Position numbers and translations under genes: made by a program
Source of the DNA: Eledone cirrhosa
Taxonomy: Eukaryota
DNA: 64,000 nucleotides
Assembly: GCA_964016885.1 (NCBI GenBank)
Contig: OZ024741.1
Location: forward strand, 262,818,001 to 262,882,000
Reading direction: 5' to 3'
Notes under the pieces: generated by a model
What the model was told of the DNA's origin: nothing
The model's input: only the letters and a program-made list of their open reading frames with translations
Database searches by the model: none
Shown here: piece by piece, positions 53,701 to 64,000 of the stretch
Layout: every line of letters starts with the position of its first letter
Position numbering within the stretch: the first letter of the stretch is position 1

Positions 53701-55532
53701 CTTACGGGTGTTTCGGCTTACGAGTGTTTCGACTTACGAGTGTTTCGGCTTACGAGTGTTTCGACTTACTAATGTTTTTACTTACGAGTGTTTCGGCGTA
53801 CGAGAGTTTTGACTTTCGAGTGTTTCGACTTACGAGTGTTTTGACTTACGGGTGTTTCGGCTTATGAGTGTTTCTACTTACGAGTCTTTCGGCTTACGAG
53901 TGTTTCGACTTACTAATGTTTTTACTTACGAGTGTTTCGGCGTACGACTGTTTCGACTTACGAGTGTTTCGACTTACGGGTGTTTTGACTTACGGGTGTT
54001 TCGGCTTACGAGTGTTTCGACTTACGAGTGTTTTGACTTACGGGTGTTTCGACTTACGAGTATTTTTGGCTTACGAGTGTTTCGACTTACGAGTGTTTTG
54101 ACTTACGAGTGTTCTGATTTACGGATGTTTCGACATACGAGTGTTTCGGCTTACGAGTGTTTCGACTTACGAGTGTTTTGACTTACGGGTGTTTCGACTT
54201 ACGAGTATTTTTGGCTTACGAGTGTTTTGACTTACGAGTGTTTCGACTTACGAGTGTTTCGACTTACGAGTGTTTCGAATTACGAGTGTTTCGACTTACG
54301 AGTGTTTTGACTTACGAGTGTTTTGACTTACGGTGTTTCTGCTTACGAGTGTTTCGACTTACGAGTGTTATGACTTACGGGTGTTTTCACATACGAGTGT
54401 TTCGACTTACGAGTGTTTTGACTTACGGGTGTTTTGACATACGAGTGTTTCGATACGAGTGTTCTGACTTACGAGTGTTCTGACTTACGAGTGTTCTGAC
54501 TTACGAGTGTTTCGACATACGAGGGTTTTGACTTACGGGTGTTTCGACTTACGAGTGTTTTCACTTACGAATGTTTTGACTTACGGGTGTTTCGGCTTAC
54601 GAGTGTTTCGACTTACGAGTGTTTCGACTTACTAATATTTTTACTTACGAGTGTTTCGGCGTACGAGAGTTTTGACTTACGAGTGTTTCGACTTACGAGT
54701 GTTTCGACTTACGAGTATTTTGACTTACGAATGTTTTGACTTACGGGTGTTTCGGCTTACGAGTGTTTCGACTTACGAGTCTTTCGGCTTACGAGTGTTT
54801 CGACTTACTAATGTTTTTACTTACGAGTGTTTCGGCGTACGAGTGTTTCGACTTCCGAGTGTTTCGACTTACGGGTGTTTTGACTTAAGGGTGTTTCGAC
54901 TTACAAGTGTTTCGACTTACGAGTGTTTCGACTTACGAGTGTTCTGACTTACGAGTGTTCTGATTTACGGATGTTTCGACATACGAGTGTTTCGACTTAC
55001 GAGTGTTTCGACTTACGAGTGTTTTGACTTACGGGTGTTTTGTTCGGCTTACGAGTGATTCGACTTACGAATGTCTTGACTTACGGGTGTTTCGGCTTGC
55101 GAGTGTTTCGACTTACGAGTGTTTCGGCTTATGAGTGTTTCGACTTACGAATGTTTTTACTTACGAGTGTTCTGACTTACGAGTGTTCTGACTTACGAGT
55201 GTTCTGATTTACGAGTGTTCCGACTTACGAGTGTTTCGGCTTACGAGTGTTTCGGCTTACGAGTGTTTCGACTTACGAGTGTTTCGACTTACGAGTGTTC
55301 CGACTTACGGGTGTTTCGACTTACGAGTTGTTTGGCTTACGGTGTTTCGGCTTACGAGTGTTTCGAGTTACGAGTGTTTTGACTTACGCGTGTTTTGACA
55401 TACGAGTGTTTCGATACGAGTGTTCTGACTTACGAGTGTTTTGACTTACGAGTGTTCTAACTTACGAGTGTTCCGACTTTACGAGTGTTTCGGCTCACGA
55501 GTGTTTCGGCTTACGAGTGTTTCGACTTACGA

Positions 55533-55601
55533 AAATAACAAATAGACGCGGTTTCAAATTTCTATGATTTTCAAATTCATTACATTAATCTTTATTTATA
55601 C
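55533..55601. repeat. 69-bp AT-rich element, copy 6
   Basis: Identical by eye to copy 2. It lies 17,531 bp after copy 4. Confidence 0.97.
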
Positions 55602-56669
55602 GTTTCGCTTTACGAGTGTTTCGACTTACGAGTGTTTCGACATACGAGTGTTTCGACTTCCGAATGTTTTTGCTTAAGGGTGTTTCGACTTACGAATGTT
55701 TCGGCTTACGAGTGTTTCGGCTTACGAGTCTTCCGACTTAGGAGTGTTTCGGCTTACGAGTGTTTCCGGCTTACGAGTGTTTCGACTTACGAGTGTTTCG
55801 ACTTTCGAGTGTTTTGACTTACGGTGTTTCGGCTTACGAGTGATTAGACTTACGAGTGTTTTGACTTACGTGTGTTTTGACTTACGGGTGTTGTGAATTA
55901 CCAGTGTTCCGATTTACGAGTGTTTTGACTTACGGTGTTTCGGCTTGCGAGTGTTTCGACTTACGAGTGTTTCGGCTTACGAGTGTTTTGACTTACGAAT
56001 GTTTTGACTTACGGGTGTTTCGGCTTACGGGTGTTTCGACTTACGAGTGTTCTGACTTACGAGTGTTCTGACTTACGAGTGTTCCGACTTACGAGTGTTT
56101 CGGTTTACGAGTGTTTCGACATACGAGTGTTTTGACTTACGGGTGTTTCGACTTACGGGTGTTTCGACTTACGAGTGTTTTGGCTTACGAGTGTTTCGAC
56201 TTACTAATGTTTTTACTTACGAGTGTTTCGGTGTACGAATGTTTTGACTTAAGGATGTTTCGACTTACGAGTGTTTCGACTTACGAGTGTTTCGGCTTAC
56301 GTGAGTTTCGACTTAAGAGTGTTCTGATTTACGAGTGTTCTGACTTGCGGGTGTTCTGATTTACGAGTGTTCCGACTTACGAGTGTTTCGGCTTATGAGT
56401 GTTTCGACTTACGAGTGTTTCGGCTTACGAGTGTTTCGACTTATGGGTGTTTCGACTTAAGAGTGTTTTTACTTACGGTGTTTCGGCTTACGAGTGTTTC
56501 GACATACGAGTGTTTTGACTTACGGGTGTTTCGGCTTACGAGTGTTTCGACTTACGAGTGTTTCGGCTTACGAGTGTTTCGACTTACTAATGTTTTTACT
56601 TACGAGTGTTTCGGCGTACGAGAGTTTTGACTTTCGAGTGTTTCGACTTACGAGTGTTTTGACTTACGA

Positions 56670-59600
56670 ATGTTTTGACTTACGGGTGTTTCGGCTTATG
56701 AGTGTTTCTACTTACGAGTCTTTCGGCTTACGAGTGTTTCGACTTACTAATGTTTTTACTTACGAGTGTTTCGGCGTACGACTGTTTCGACTTACGAGTG
56801 TTTCGACTTACGGGTGTTTTGACTTACGGGTGTTTCGGCTTACGAGTGTTTCGACTTACGAGTGTTTTGACTTACGGGTGTTTCGACTTACGAGTATTTT
56901 TGGCTTACGAGTGTTTCGACTTACGAGTGTTTTGACTTACGAGTGTTCTGATTTACGGATGTTTCGACATACGAGTGTTTCAGCTTACGAGTGTTTTGAC
57001 TTACGAGTGTTTTGACTTACGGTGTTTCTGCTTACGAGTGTTTCGACTTACGAGTGTTATGACTTACGGGTGTTTACACATACGAGTGTTTCGACTTACG
57101 AGTGTTTTGACTTACGGATGTTTTGACATACGAGTGTTTCGATACGAGTGTTCTGACTTACGAGTGTTCTGACTTACGAGTGTTCTGACTTACGAGTGTT
57201 CTGACTTACGAGTGTTTCGACATACGAGGGTTTTGACTTACGGGTGTTTCGACTTACGAGTGTTTTCACTTACGAATGTTTTGACTTACGGGTGTTTCGG
57301 CTTACGAGTGTTTCGACTTACGAGTGTTTCGACTTACGAGTGTTTCGACTTACTAATATTTTTACTTACGAGTGTTTCGGCGTACGAGAGTTTTGACTTA
57401 CGAGTGTTTCGACTTACGAGTGTTTCGACTTACGAGTATTTTGACTTACGAATGTTTTGACTTACGGGTGTTTCGGCTTACGAGTGTTTCGACTTACGAG
57501 TCTTTCGGCTTACGAGTGTTTCGACTTACTAATGTTTTTACTTACGAGTGTTTCGGCGTACGAGTGTTTCGACTTCCGAGTGTTTCGACTTACGGGTGTT
57601 TTGACTTACGGGTGTTTCGGCTTACGAGTGTTTTGACTTACGAGTGTTTTGACTTAAGGGTGTTTCGACTTACGAGTATTTTTGGCTTACGAGTGTTTCG
57701 ACTTACGAGTGTTTTGACTTACGAGTGTTCTGATTTACGGATGTTTCGACATACGAGTGTTTTGACTTACGAGTGTTTCGACTTATGAGTGTTTCGACTT
57801 ACGAGTGTTTCGACTTACGAGTGTTTCGGCTTATGATTGTTTCGACTTACGAGTGTTTTGAATTACGGTGTTTCAGCTTACGAGTGTTTCGGCTTACGAG
57901 TGTTTTGACTTACGGGTGTTTTGACATACGAGTGTTTCGATACGAGTGTTCTGACTTACGAGTGTTCTGACTTACGAGTGTTCCGACTTACGAGTGTTCC
58001 GACTTACGAGTGTTTCGGCTTACGGGTGTTTCCTGCTTACGAGTGTTTCGACTTACGAGTGTTTTGACTTACGGTGTTTCGGCTTACGAGTGATTCGACT
58101 TACGAGTGTTTTGACTTACGGGTGTTTTGACTTACGGGTGTTGTGAATTACGAGTGTTCCGATTTACGAGTGTTTTGACTTACGGTGTTTCGGCTTACGA
58201 GTGATTCGACTTACGAATGTTTTGACTTACGGGTGTTTCGGCTTGCGAGTGTTTCGACTTACGAGTGTTTCGGCTTATGAGTGTTTCGACTTACTAATGT
58301 TTTTACTTACGAGTGTTCTGACTTACGAGTGTTCCGACTTACGAGTGTTCCGACTTACGAGTGTTTCGGCTTACGAGTGTTTCTGGCTTACGAGTGTTTC
58401 GACTTACGAGTGTTTCGACTTACGAGTGTTTTGACTTACGGTGTTTCGACTTACGAGTGATTCGACTTACGAGTGTTTTGACTTACGGGTGTTTTGACTT
58501 ACGGGTGTTGTGAATTACGAGTGTTCCGATTTACGAGTGTTTTGACTTACGGTGTTTCGGCTTACGAGTGATTCGACTTACGAATGTTTTGACTTACGGG
58601 TGTTTCGGCTTGCTAGTGTTTCGACTTACGAGTGTTTCGGCTTATGAGTGTTTCGACTTACTACAGTTTTTACTTACGAGTGTTTCGGCGTACGAGTGTT
58701 TTGACTTACGAGTGTTTCGACTTACGAGTGTTTCGAATTACGAGTGTTTCGGCTTACGTGAGATTCGACTTAAGAGTGTTCTGATTTACGAGTGTTCTGA
58801 CTTGCGGGTGTTCTGATTTACGAGTGTTCCGACTTACGAGTGTTTCGGCTTATGAGTGTTTCGACTTACGAGTGTTTCGGCTTACGAGTGTTTCGACTTA
58901 TGGGTGTTTCGACATACGAGTGTTTTGACTTACGGGTGTTTCGACTTAAGGGTGTTTCGACTTACGAGTATTTTTGGCTTACGAGTGTTTCGACTTACGA
59001 GTGTTTTGACTTACGAGTGTTCTGATTTACGGATGTTTCGACATACGAGTGTTTCGACTTACGAGTGTTTCGACTTATGAGTGTTTCGACTTACGAGTGT
59101 TTCGACTTACGAGTGTTTCGGCTTATGATTGTTTCGACTTACGAGTGTTTTGAATTACGGTGTTTCAGCTTACGAGTGTTTCGACATACGAGTGTTTTGA
59201 CTTACGGGTGTTTTGACATACGAGTGTTTCGATACGAGTGTTCTGACTTACGAGTGTTCTGACTTACGAGTGTTTTGACTTACGAGTGTTCTGACTTACG
59301 AGTGTTCCGACTTACGAGTGTTCCGACTTACGAGTGTTTCGGCTTACGAGTGTTTCCGGCTTACGAGTGTTTCGACTTACGAGTGTTTTGACTTACGGTG
59401 TTTCGGCTTACGAGTGATTCGACTTACGAGTGTTTTGACTTACGGGTGTTTTGACTTACGGGTGTTGTGAATTACGAGTGTTCCGATTTACGAGTGTTTT
59501 GACTTACGGTGTTTCGGCTTACGAGTGATTCGACTTACGAATGTCTTGACTTACGGGTGTTTCGGCTTGCGAGTGTTTCGACTTACGAGTGTTTCGGCTT

Positions 59601-62600
59601 ATGAGTGTTTCGACTTACGAATGTTTTTACTTACGAGTGTTCTGACTTACGAGTGTTCTGACTTACGAGTGTTCTGACTTACGAGTGTTCTGATTTACGA
59701 GTGTTCCGACTTACGAGTGTTTCGGCTTACGAGTGTTTCGGCTTACGAGTGTTTCGACTTACGAGTGTTTCGACTTACGAGTGTTCCGACTTACGGGTGT
59801 TTCGACTTACGAGTTGTTTGGCTTACGGTGTTTCGGCTTACGAGTGTTTCGAGTTACGAGTGTTTTGACTTACGCGTGTTTTGACATACGAGTGTTTCGA
59901 TACGAGTGTTCTGACTTACGAGTGTTTTGACTTACGAGTGTTCTGACTTACGAGTGTTCCGACTTTACGAGTGTTTCGGCTCACGAGTGTTTCGGCTTAC
60001 GAGTGTTTCGACTTACGAAAATAACAAATAGACGCGGTTTCAAATTTCTATGATTTTCAAATTCATTACATTAATCTTTATTTATACGTTTCGCTTTACG
60101 AGTGTTTCGACTTACGAGTGTTTCGACATACGAGTGTTTCGACTTCCGAATGTTTTTGCTTAAGGGTGTTTCGACTTACGAATGTTTCGGCTTACGAGTG
60201 TTTCGGCTTACGAGTCTTCCGACTTAGGAGTGTTTCGGCTTACGAGTGTTTCCGGCTTACGAGTGTTTCGACTTACGAGTGTTTCGACTTTCGAGTGTTT
60301 TGACTTACGGTGTTTCGGCTTACGAGTGATTAGACTTACGAGTGTTTTGACTTACGTGTGTTTTGACTTACGGGTGTTGTGAATTACCAGTGTTCCGATT
60401 TACGAGTGTTTTGACTTACGGTGTTTCGGCTTGCGAGTGTTTCGACTTACGAGTGTTTCGGCTTATGAGTGTTTCGACTTACTAATGTTTTTACTTACGA
60501 GTGTTTCGGCGTTCGAGTGTTTTGACTTACGAGTGTTTCGACTTACGAGTGTTTTGACTTACGAATGTTTTGACTTACGGGTGTTTCGGCTTACGGGTGT
60601 TTCGACTTACGAGTGTTTCGACTTATGAGTGTTTCGACTTACGAGTGTTCTGACTTACGAGTGTTCTGACTTACGAGTGTTCCGACTTACGAGTGTTTCG
60701 GTTTACGAGTGTTTCGACATACGAGTGTTTTGACTTACGGGTGTTTCGACTTACGGGTGTTTCGACTTACGAGTGTTTTGGCTTACGAGTGTTTCGACTT
60801 ACTAATGTTTTTACTTACGAGTGTTTCGGTGTACGAATGTTTTGACTTAAGGATGTTTCGACTTACGAGTGTTTCGACTTACGAGTGTTTCGGCTTACGT
60901 GAGTTTCGACTTAAGAGTGTTCTGATTTACGAGTGTTCTGACTTGCGGGTGTTCTGATTTACGAGTGTTCCGACTTACGAGTGTTTCGGCTTATGAGTGT
61001 TTCGACTTACGAGTGTTTCGGCTTACGAGTGTTTCGACTTATGGGTGTTTCGACTTAAGAGTGTTTTTACTTACGGTGTTTCGGCTTACGAGTGTTTCGA
61101 CATACGAGTGTTTTGACTTACGGGTGTTTCGGCTTACGAGTGTTTCGACTTACGAGTGTTTCGGCTTACGAGTGTTTCGACTTACTAATGTTTTTACTTA
61201 CGAGTGTTTCGGCGTACGAGCGTTTTGACTTTCGAGTGTTTCGACTTACGAGTGTTTTGACTTACGGGTGTTTCGGCTTATGAGTGTTTCTACTTACGAG
61301 TCTTTCGGCTTACGAGTGTTTCGACTTACTAATGTTTTTACTTACGAGTGTTTTGGCGTACGACTGTTTCGACTTACGAGTGTTTCGACTTACGGGTGTT
61401 TTGGCTTACGGGTGTTTCGGCTTACGAGTGTTTCGACTTACGAGTGTTTTGACTTACGGGTGTTTCGACTTACGAGTATTTTTGGCTTACGAGTGTTTCG
61501 ACTTACGAGTGTTTTGACTTACGAGTGTTCTGATTTACGGATGTTTCGACATACGAGTGTTTCGGCTTACGAGTGTTTTGACTTACGAGTGTTTTGACTT
61601 ACGGTGTTTCTGCTTACGAGTGTTTCGACTTACGAGTGTTATGACTTACGGGTGTTTACACATACGAGTGTTTCGACTTACGAGTGTTTTGACTTACGGA
61701 TGTTTTGACATACGAGTGTTTCGATACGAGTGTTCTGACTTACGAGTGTTCTGACTTACGAGTGTTCTGACTTACGAGTGTTCTGACTTACGAGTGTTTC
61801 GACATACGAGGGTTTTGACTTACGGGTGTTTCGACTTACGAGTGTTTTCACTTACGAATGTTTTGACTTACGGGTGTTTCGGCTTACGAGTGTTTCGACT
61901 TACGAGTGTTTCGACTTACGAGTGTTTCGACTTACTAATATTTTTACTTACGAGTGTTTCGGCGTACGAGAGTTTTGACTTACGAGTGTTTCGACTTACG
62001 AGTGTTTCGACTTACGAGTATTTTGACTTACGAATGTTTTGACTTACGGGTGTTTCGGCTTACGAGTGTTTCGACTTACGAGTCTTTCGGCTTACGAGTG
62101 TTTCGACTTACTAATGTTTGTACTTACGAGTGTTTCGGCGTACGAGTGTTTCGACTTCCGAGTGTTTCGACTTACGGGTGTTTTGACTTACGGGTGTTTC
62201 GGCTTACGAGTGTTTTGACTTACGAGTGTTTTGACTTAAGGGTGTTTCGACTTACGAGTATTTTTGGCTTACGAGTGTTTCGACTTACGAGTGTTTTGAC
62301 TTACGAGTGTTCTGATTTACGGATGTTTCGACATACGAGTGTTTTGACTTACGAGTGTTTCGACTTATGAGTGTTTCGACTTACGAGTGTTTCGACTTAC
62401 GAGTGTTTCGGCTTATGATTGTTTCGACTTACGAGTGTTTTGAATTACGGTGTTTCAGCTTACGAGTGTTTCGGCTTACGAGTGTTTTGACTTACGGGTG
62501 TTTTGACATACGAGTGTTTCGATACGAGTGTTCTGACTTACGAGTGTTCTGACTTACGAGTGTTCCGACTTACGAGTGTTCCGACTTACGAGTGTTTCGG

Positions 62601-64000
62601 CTTACGGGTGTTTCCTGCTTACGAGTGTTTCGACTTACGAGTGTTTTGACTTACGGTGTTTCGGCTTACGAGTGATTCGACTTACGAGTGTTTTGACTTA
62701 CGGGTGTTTTGACTTACGGGTGTTGTGAATTACGAGTGTTCCCATTTACGAGTGTTTTGACTTACGGTGTTTCGGCTTACGAGTGATTCGACTTACGAAT
62801 GTTTTGACTTACGGGTGTTTCGGCTTGCGAGTGTTTCGACTTACGAGTGTTTCGGCTTATGAGTGTTTCGACTTACTAATGTTTTTACTTACGAGTGTTC
62901 TGACTTACGAGTGTTCCGACTTACGAGTGTTCCGACTTACGAGTGTTTCGGCTTACGAGTGTTTCTGGCTTACGAGTGTTTCGACTTACGAGTGTTTCGA
63001 CTTACGAGTGTTTTGACTTACGGTGTTTCGACTTACGAGTGATTCGACTTACGAGTGTTTTGACTTACGGGTGTTTTGACTTACGGGTGTTGTGAATTAC
63101 GAGTGTTCCGATTTACGAGTGTTTTGACTTACGGTGTTTCGGCTTACGAGTGATTCGACTTACGAATGTTTTGACTTACGGGTGTTTCGGCTTGCTAGTG
63201 TTTCGACTTACGAGTGTTTCGGCTTATGAGTGTTTCGACTTACTACTGTTTTTACTTACGAGTGTTTCGGCGTACGAGTGTTTTGACTTACGAGTGTTTC
63301 GACTTACGAGTGTTTCGAATTACGAGTGTTTCGGCTTACGTGAGATTCGACTTAAGAGTGTTCTGATTTACGAGTGTTCTGACTTGCGGGTGTTCTGATT
63401 TACGAGTGTTCCGACTTACGAGTGTTTCGGCTTATGAGTGTTTCGACTTACGAGTGTTTCGGCTTACGAGTGTTTCGACTTATGGGTGTTTCGACATACG
63501 AGTGTTTTGACTTACGGGTGTTTCGACTTAAGGGTGTTTCGACTTACGAGTATTTTTGGCTTACGAGTGTTTCGACTTACGAGTGTTTTGACTTACGAGT
63601 GTTCTGATTTACGGATGTTTCGACATACGAGTGTTTCGACTTACGAGTGTTTCGACTTATGAGTGTTTCGACTTACGAGTGTTTCGACTTACGAGTGTTT
63701 CGGCTTATGATTGTTTCGACTTACGAGTGTTTTGAATTACGGTGTTTCAGCTTACGGGTGTTTCGACATACGAGTGTTTTGACTTACGGGTGTTTTGACA
63801 TACGAGTGTTTCGATACGAGTGTTCTGACTTACGAGTGTTCTGACTTACGAGTGTTTTGACTTACGAGTGTTCTGACTTACGAGTGTTCCGACTTACGAG
63901 TGTTCCGACTTACGAGTGTTTCGGCTTACGAGTGTTTCCGGCTTACGAGTGTTTCGACTTACGAGTGTTTTGACTTACGGTGTTTCGGCTTACGAGTGAT
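56670..64000 (+). repeat. Tandem higher-order duplication, period about 4,582 bp, second copy truncated by the window end
   Basis: ORF pairs 56702/61284, 56975/61557, 57212/61794, 58201/62783 and 59065/63647 are all offset by 4,582. The rare variant GTTTACACATACG is shared. Similarity extends leftwards at offsets 4,598 and 4,486, which differ by whole monomers. Confidence 0.88.
60019..60087. repeat. 69-bp AT-rich element, copy 7
   Basis: Identical by eye to copy 2. Confidence 0.97.

Larger units (their letters stand above)
20980..56660 (+). repeat. Near-identical tandem macro-duplication, period 17,532/17,531 bp (slightly over two periods)
   Basis: The ORF series repeats at +17,532 (21048/38580, 27359/44891, 29066/46598, 34586/52118) and at +17,531 after a 1-bp deletion (35283/52814, 37716/55247, 38580/56111). 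Boundaries are approximate. Confidence 0.92.
1..64000 (+). repeat. Tandem satellite array, 16-bp monomer GACTTACGAGTGTTTC (reverse complement GAAACACTCGTAAGTC), about 3,970 head-to-tail copies
   Basis: Seen directly throughout the window with no inversion noticed. Common variants: TTTCGAC to TTTTGAC/TTCTGAC/TTCCGAC, CGACTT to CGGCTT, CGAGTG to CGGGTG, TACGAG to TATGAG. There are also 14-, 15- and 17-bp indel monomers. Copy number is estimated as (64000 - 7x69)/16. Confidence 0.99.

Noticed and set aside
132-63844. Hundreds of + strand ORFs encoding RLTSVSTYECFDLRVF-type repeats
   Set aside because: The consensus 16-mer has no stop codon on the + strand in any frame, so three monomers translate to the same 16-aa repeat in all frames. 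The minus strand has TAA in every monomer, which explains the absence of minus ORFs. ORFs overlap in different frames, mostly lack ATG starts, end at variant-generated TGA or TAA, and are broken by 14-, 15- and 17-bp monomers.
1-64000. CRISPR array
   Set aside because: Repeats are head-to-tail with no unique spacers. The seven inserts are copies of one sequence, and there are no cas genes or leader.
1-64000. Telomerase-made long telomeric repeat as in budding yeasts (the + strand is T/G-biased)
   Set aside because: There are no G-runs in the consensus. Variants are inherited in kb-scale duplicated blocks with internal inserts, which indicates recombinational amplification and not templated addition. 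A subtelomeric or recombination-maintained terminal location cannot be excluded.
1-64000. Giant repeat protein under an alternative genetic code (TGA read-through)
   Set aside because: TAA stops (CTAATG, CTTAAG) also recur, indel monomers shift the frame freely, and variation shows no codon-position pattern.
1-64000. Synthetic DNA or rolling-circle/sequencing artefact
   Set aside because: Rare variants are faithfully shared among distant blocks in a nested hierarchy, which random read errors or amplification of a single circle would not produce.

Overview
The entire 64 kb window is one unidirectional tandem satellite array of roughly 3,970 copies of a 16-bp monomer (consensus GACTTACGAGTGTTTC, about 44% GC, two CpGs, one TCGA/TaqI site across each canonical junction). 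Both array ends lie outside the window. Monomer variants are not random: strings of variants are copied as nested higher-order blocks, including tandem duplications of 1,947, 2,548, about 4,582 and about 17,532 bp plus dispersed kb-scale copies. The only non-satellite DNA I found is a 69-bp AT-rich element present 7 times in the same orientation and flanking context. An eighth copy of its upstream flank lacks the element. No credible gene, RNA gene or CRISPR array is present, and all ORFs in the track are artefacts of a monomer that is stop-free on the + strand. The architecture is typical of eukaryotic (peri)centromeric or heterochromatic satellite, but the organism and function cannot be determined from the sequence. 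Points worth following up are the CENP-B-box/pogo-Tigger-like motif in the monomer, the 69-bp interrupting element, and the nested expansion history. All alignments were done by eye, so block boundaries are approximate.
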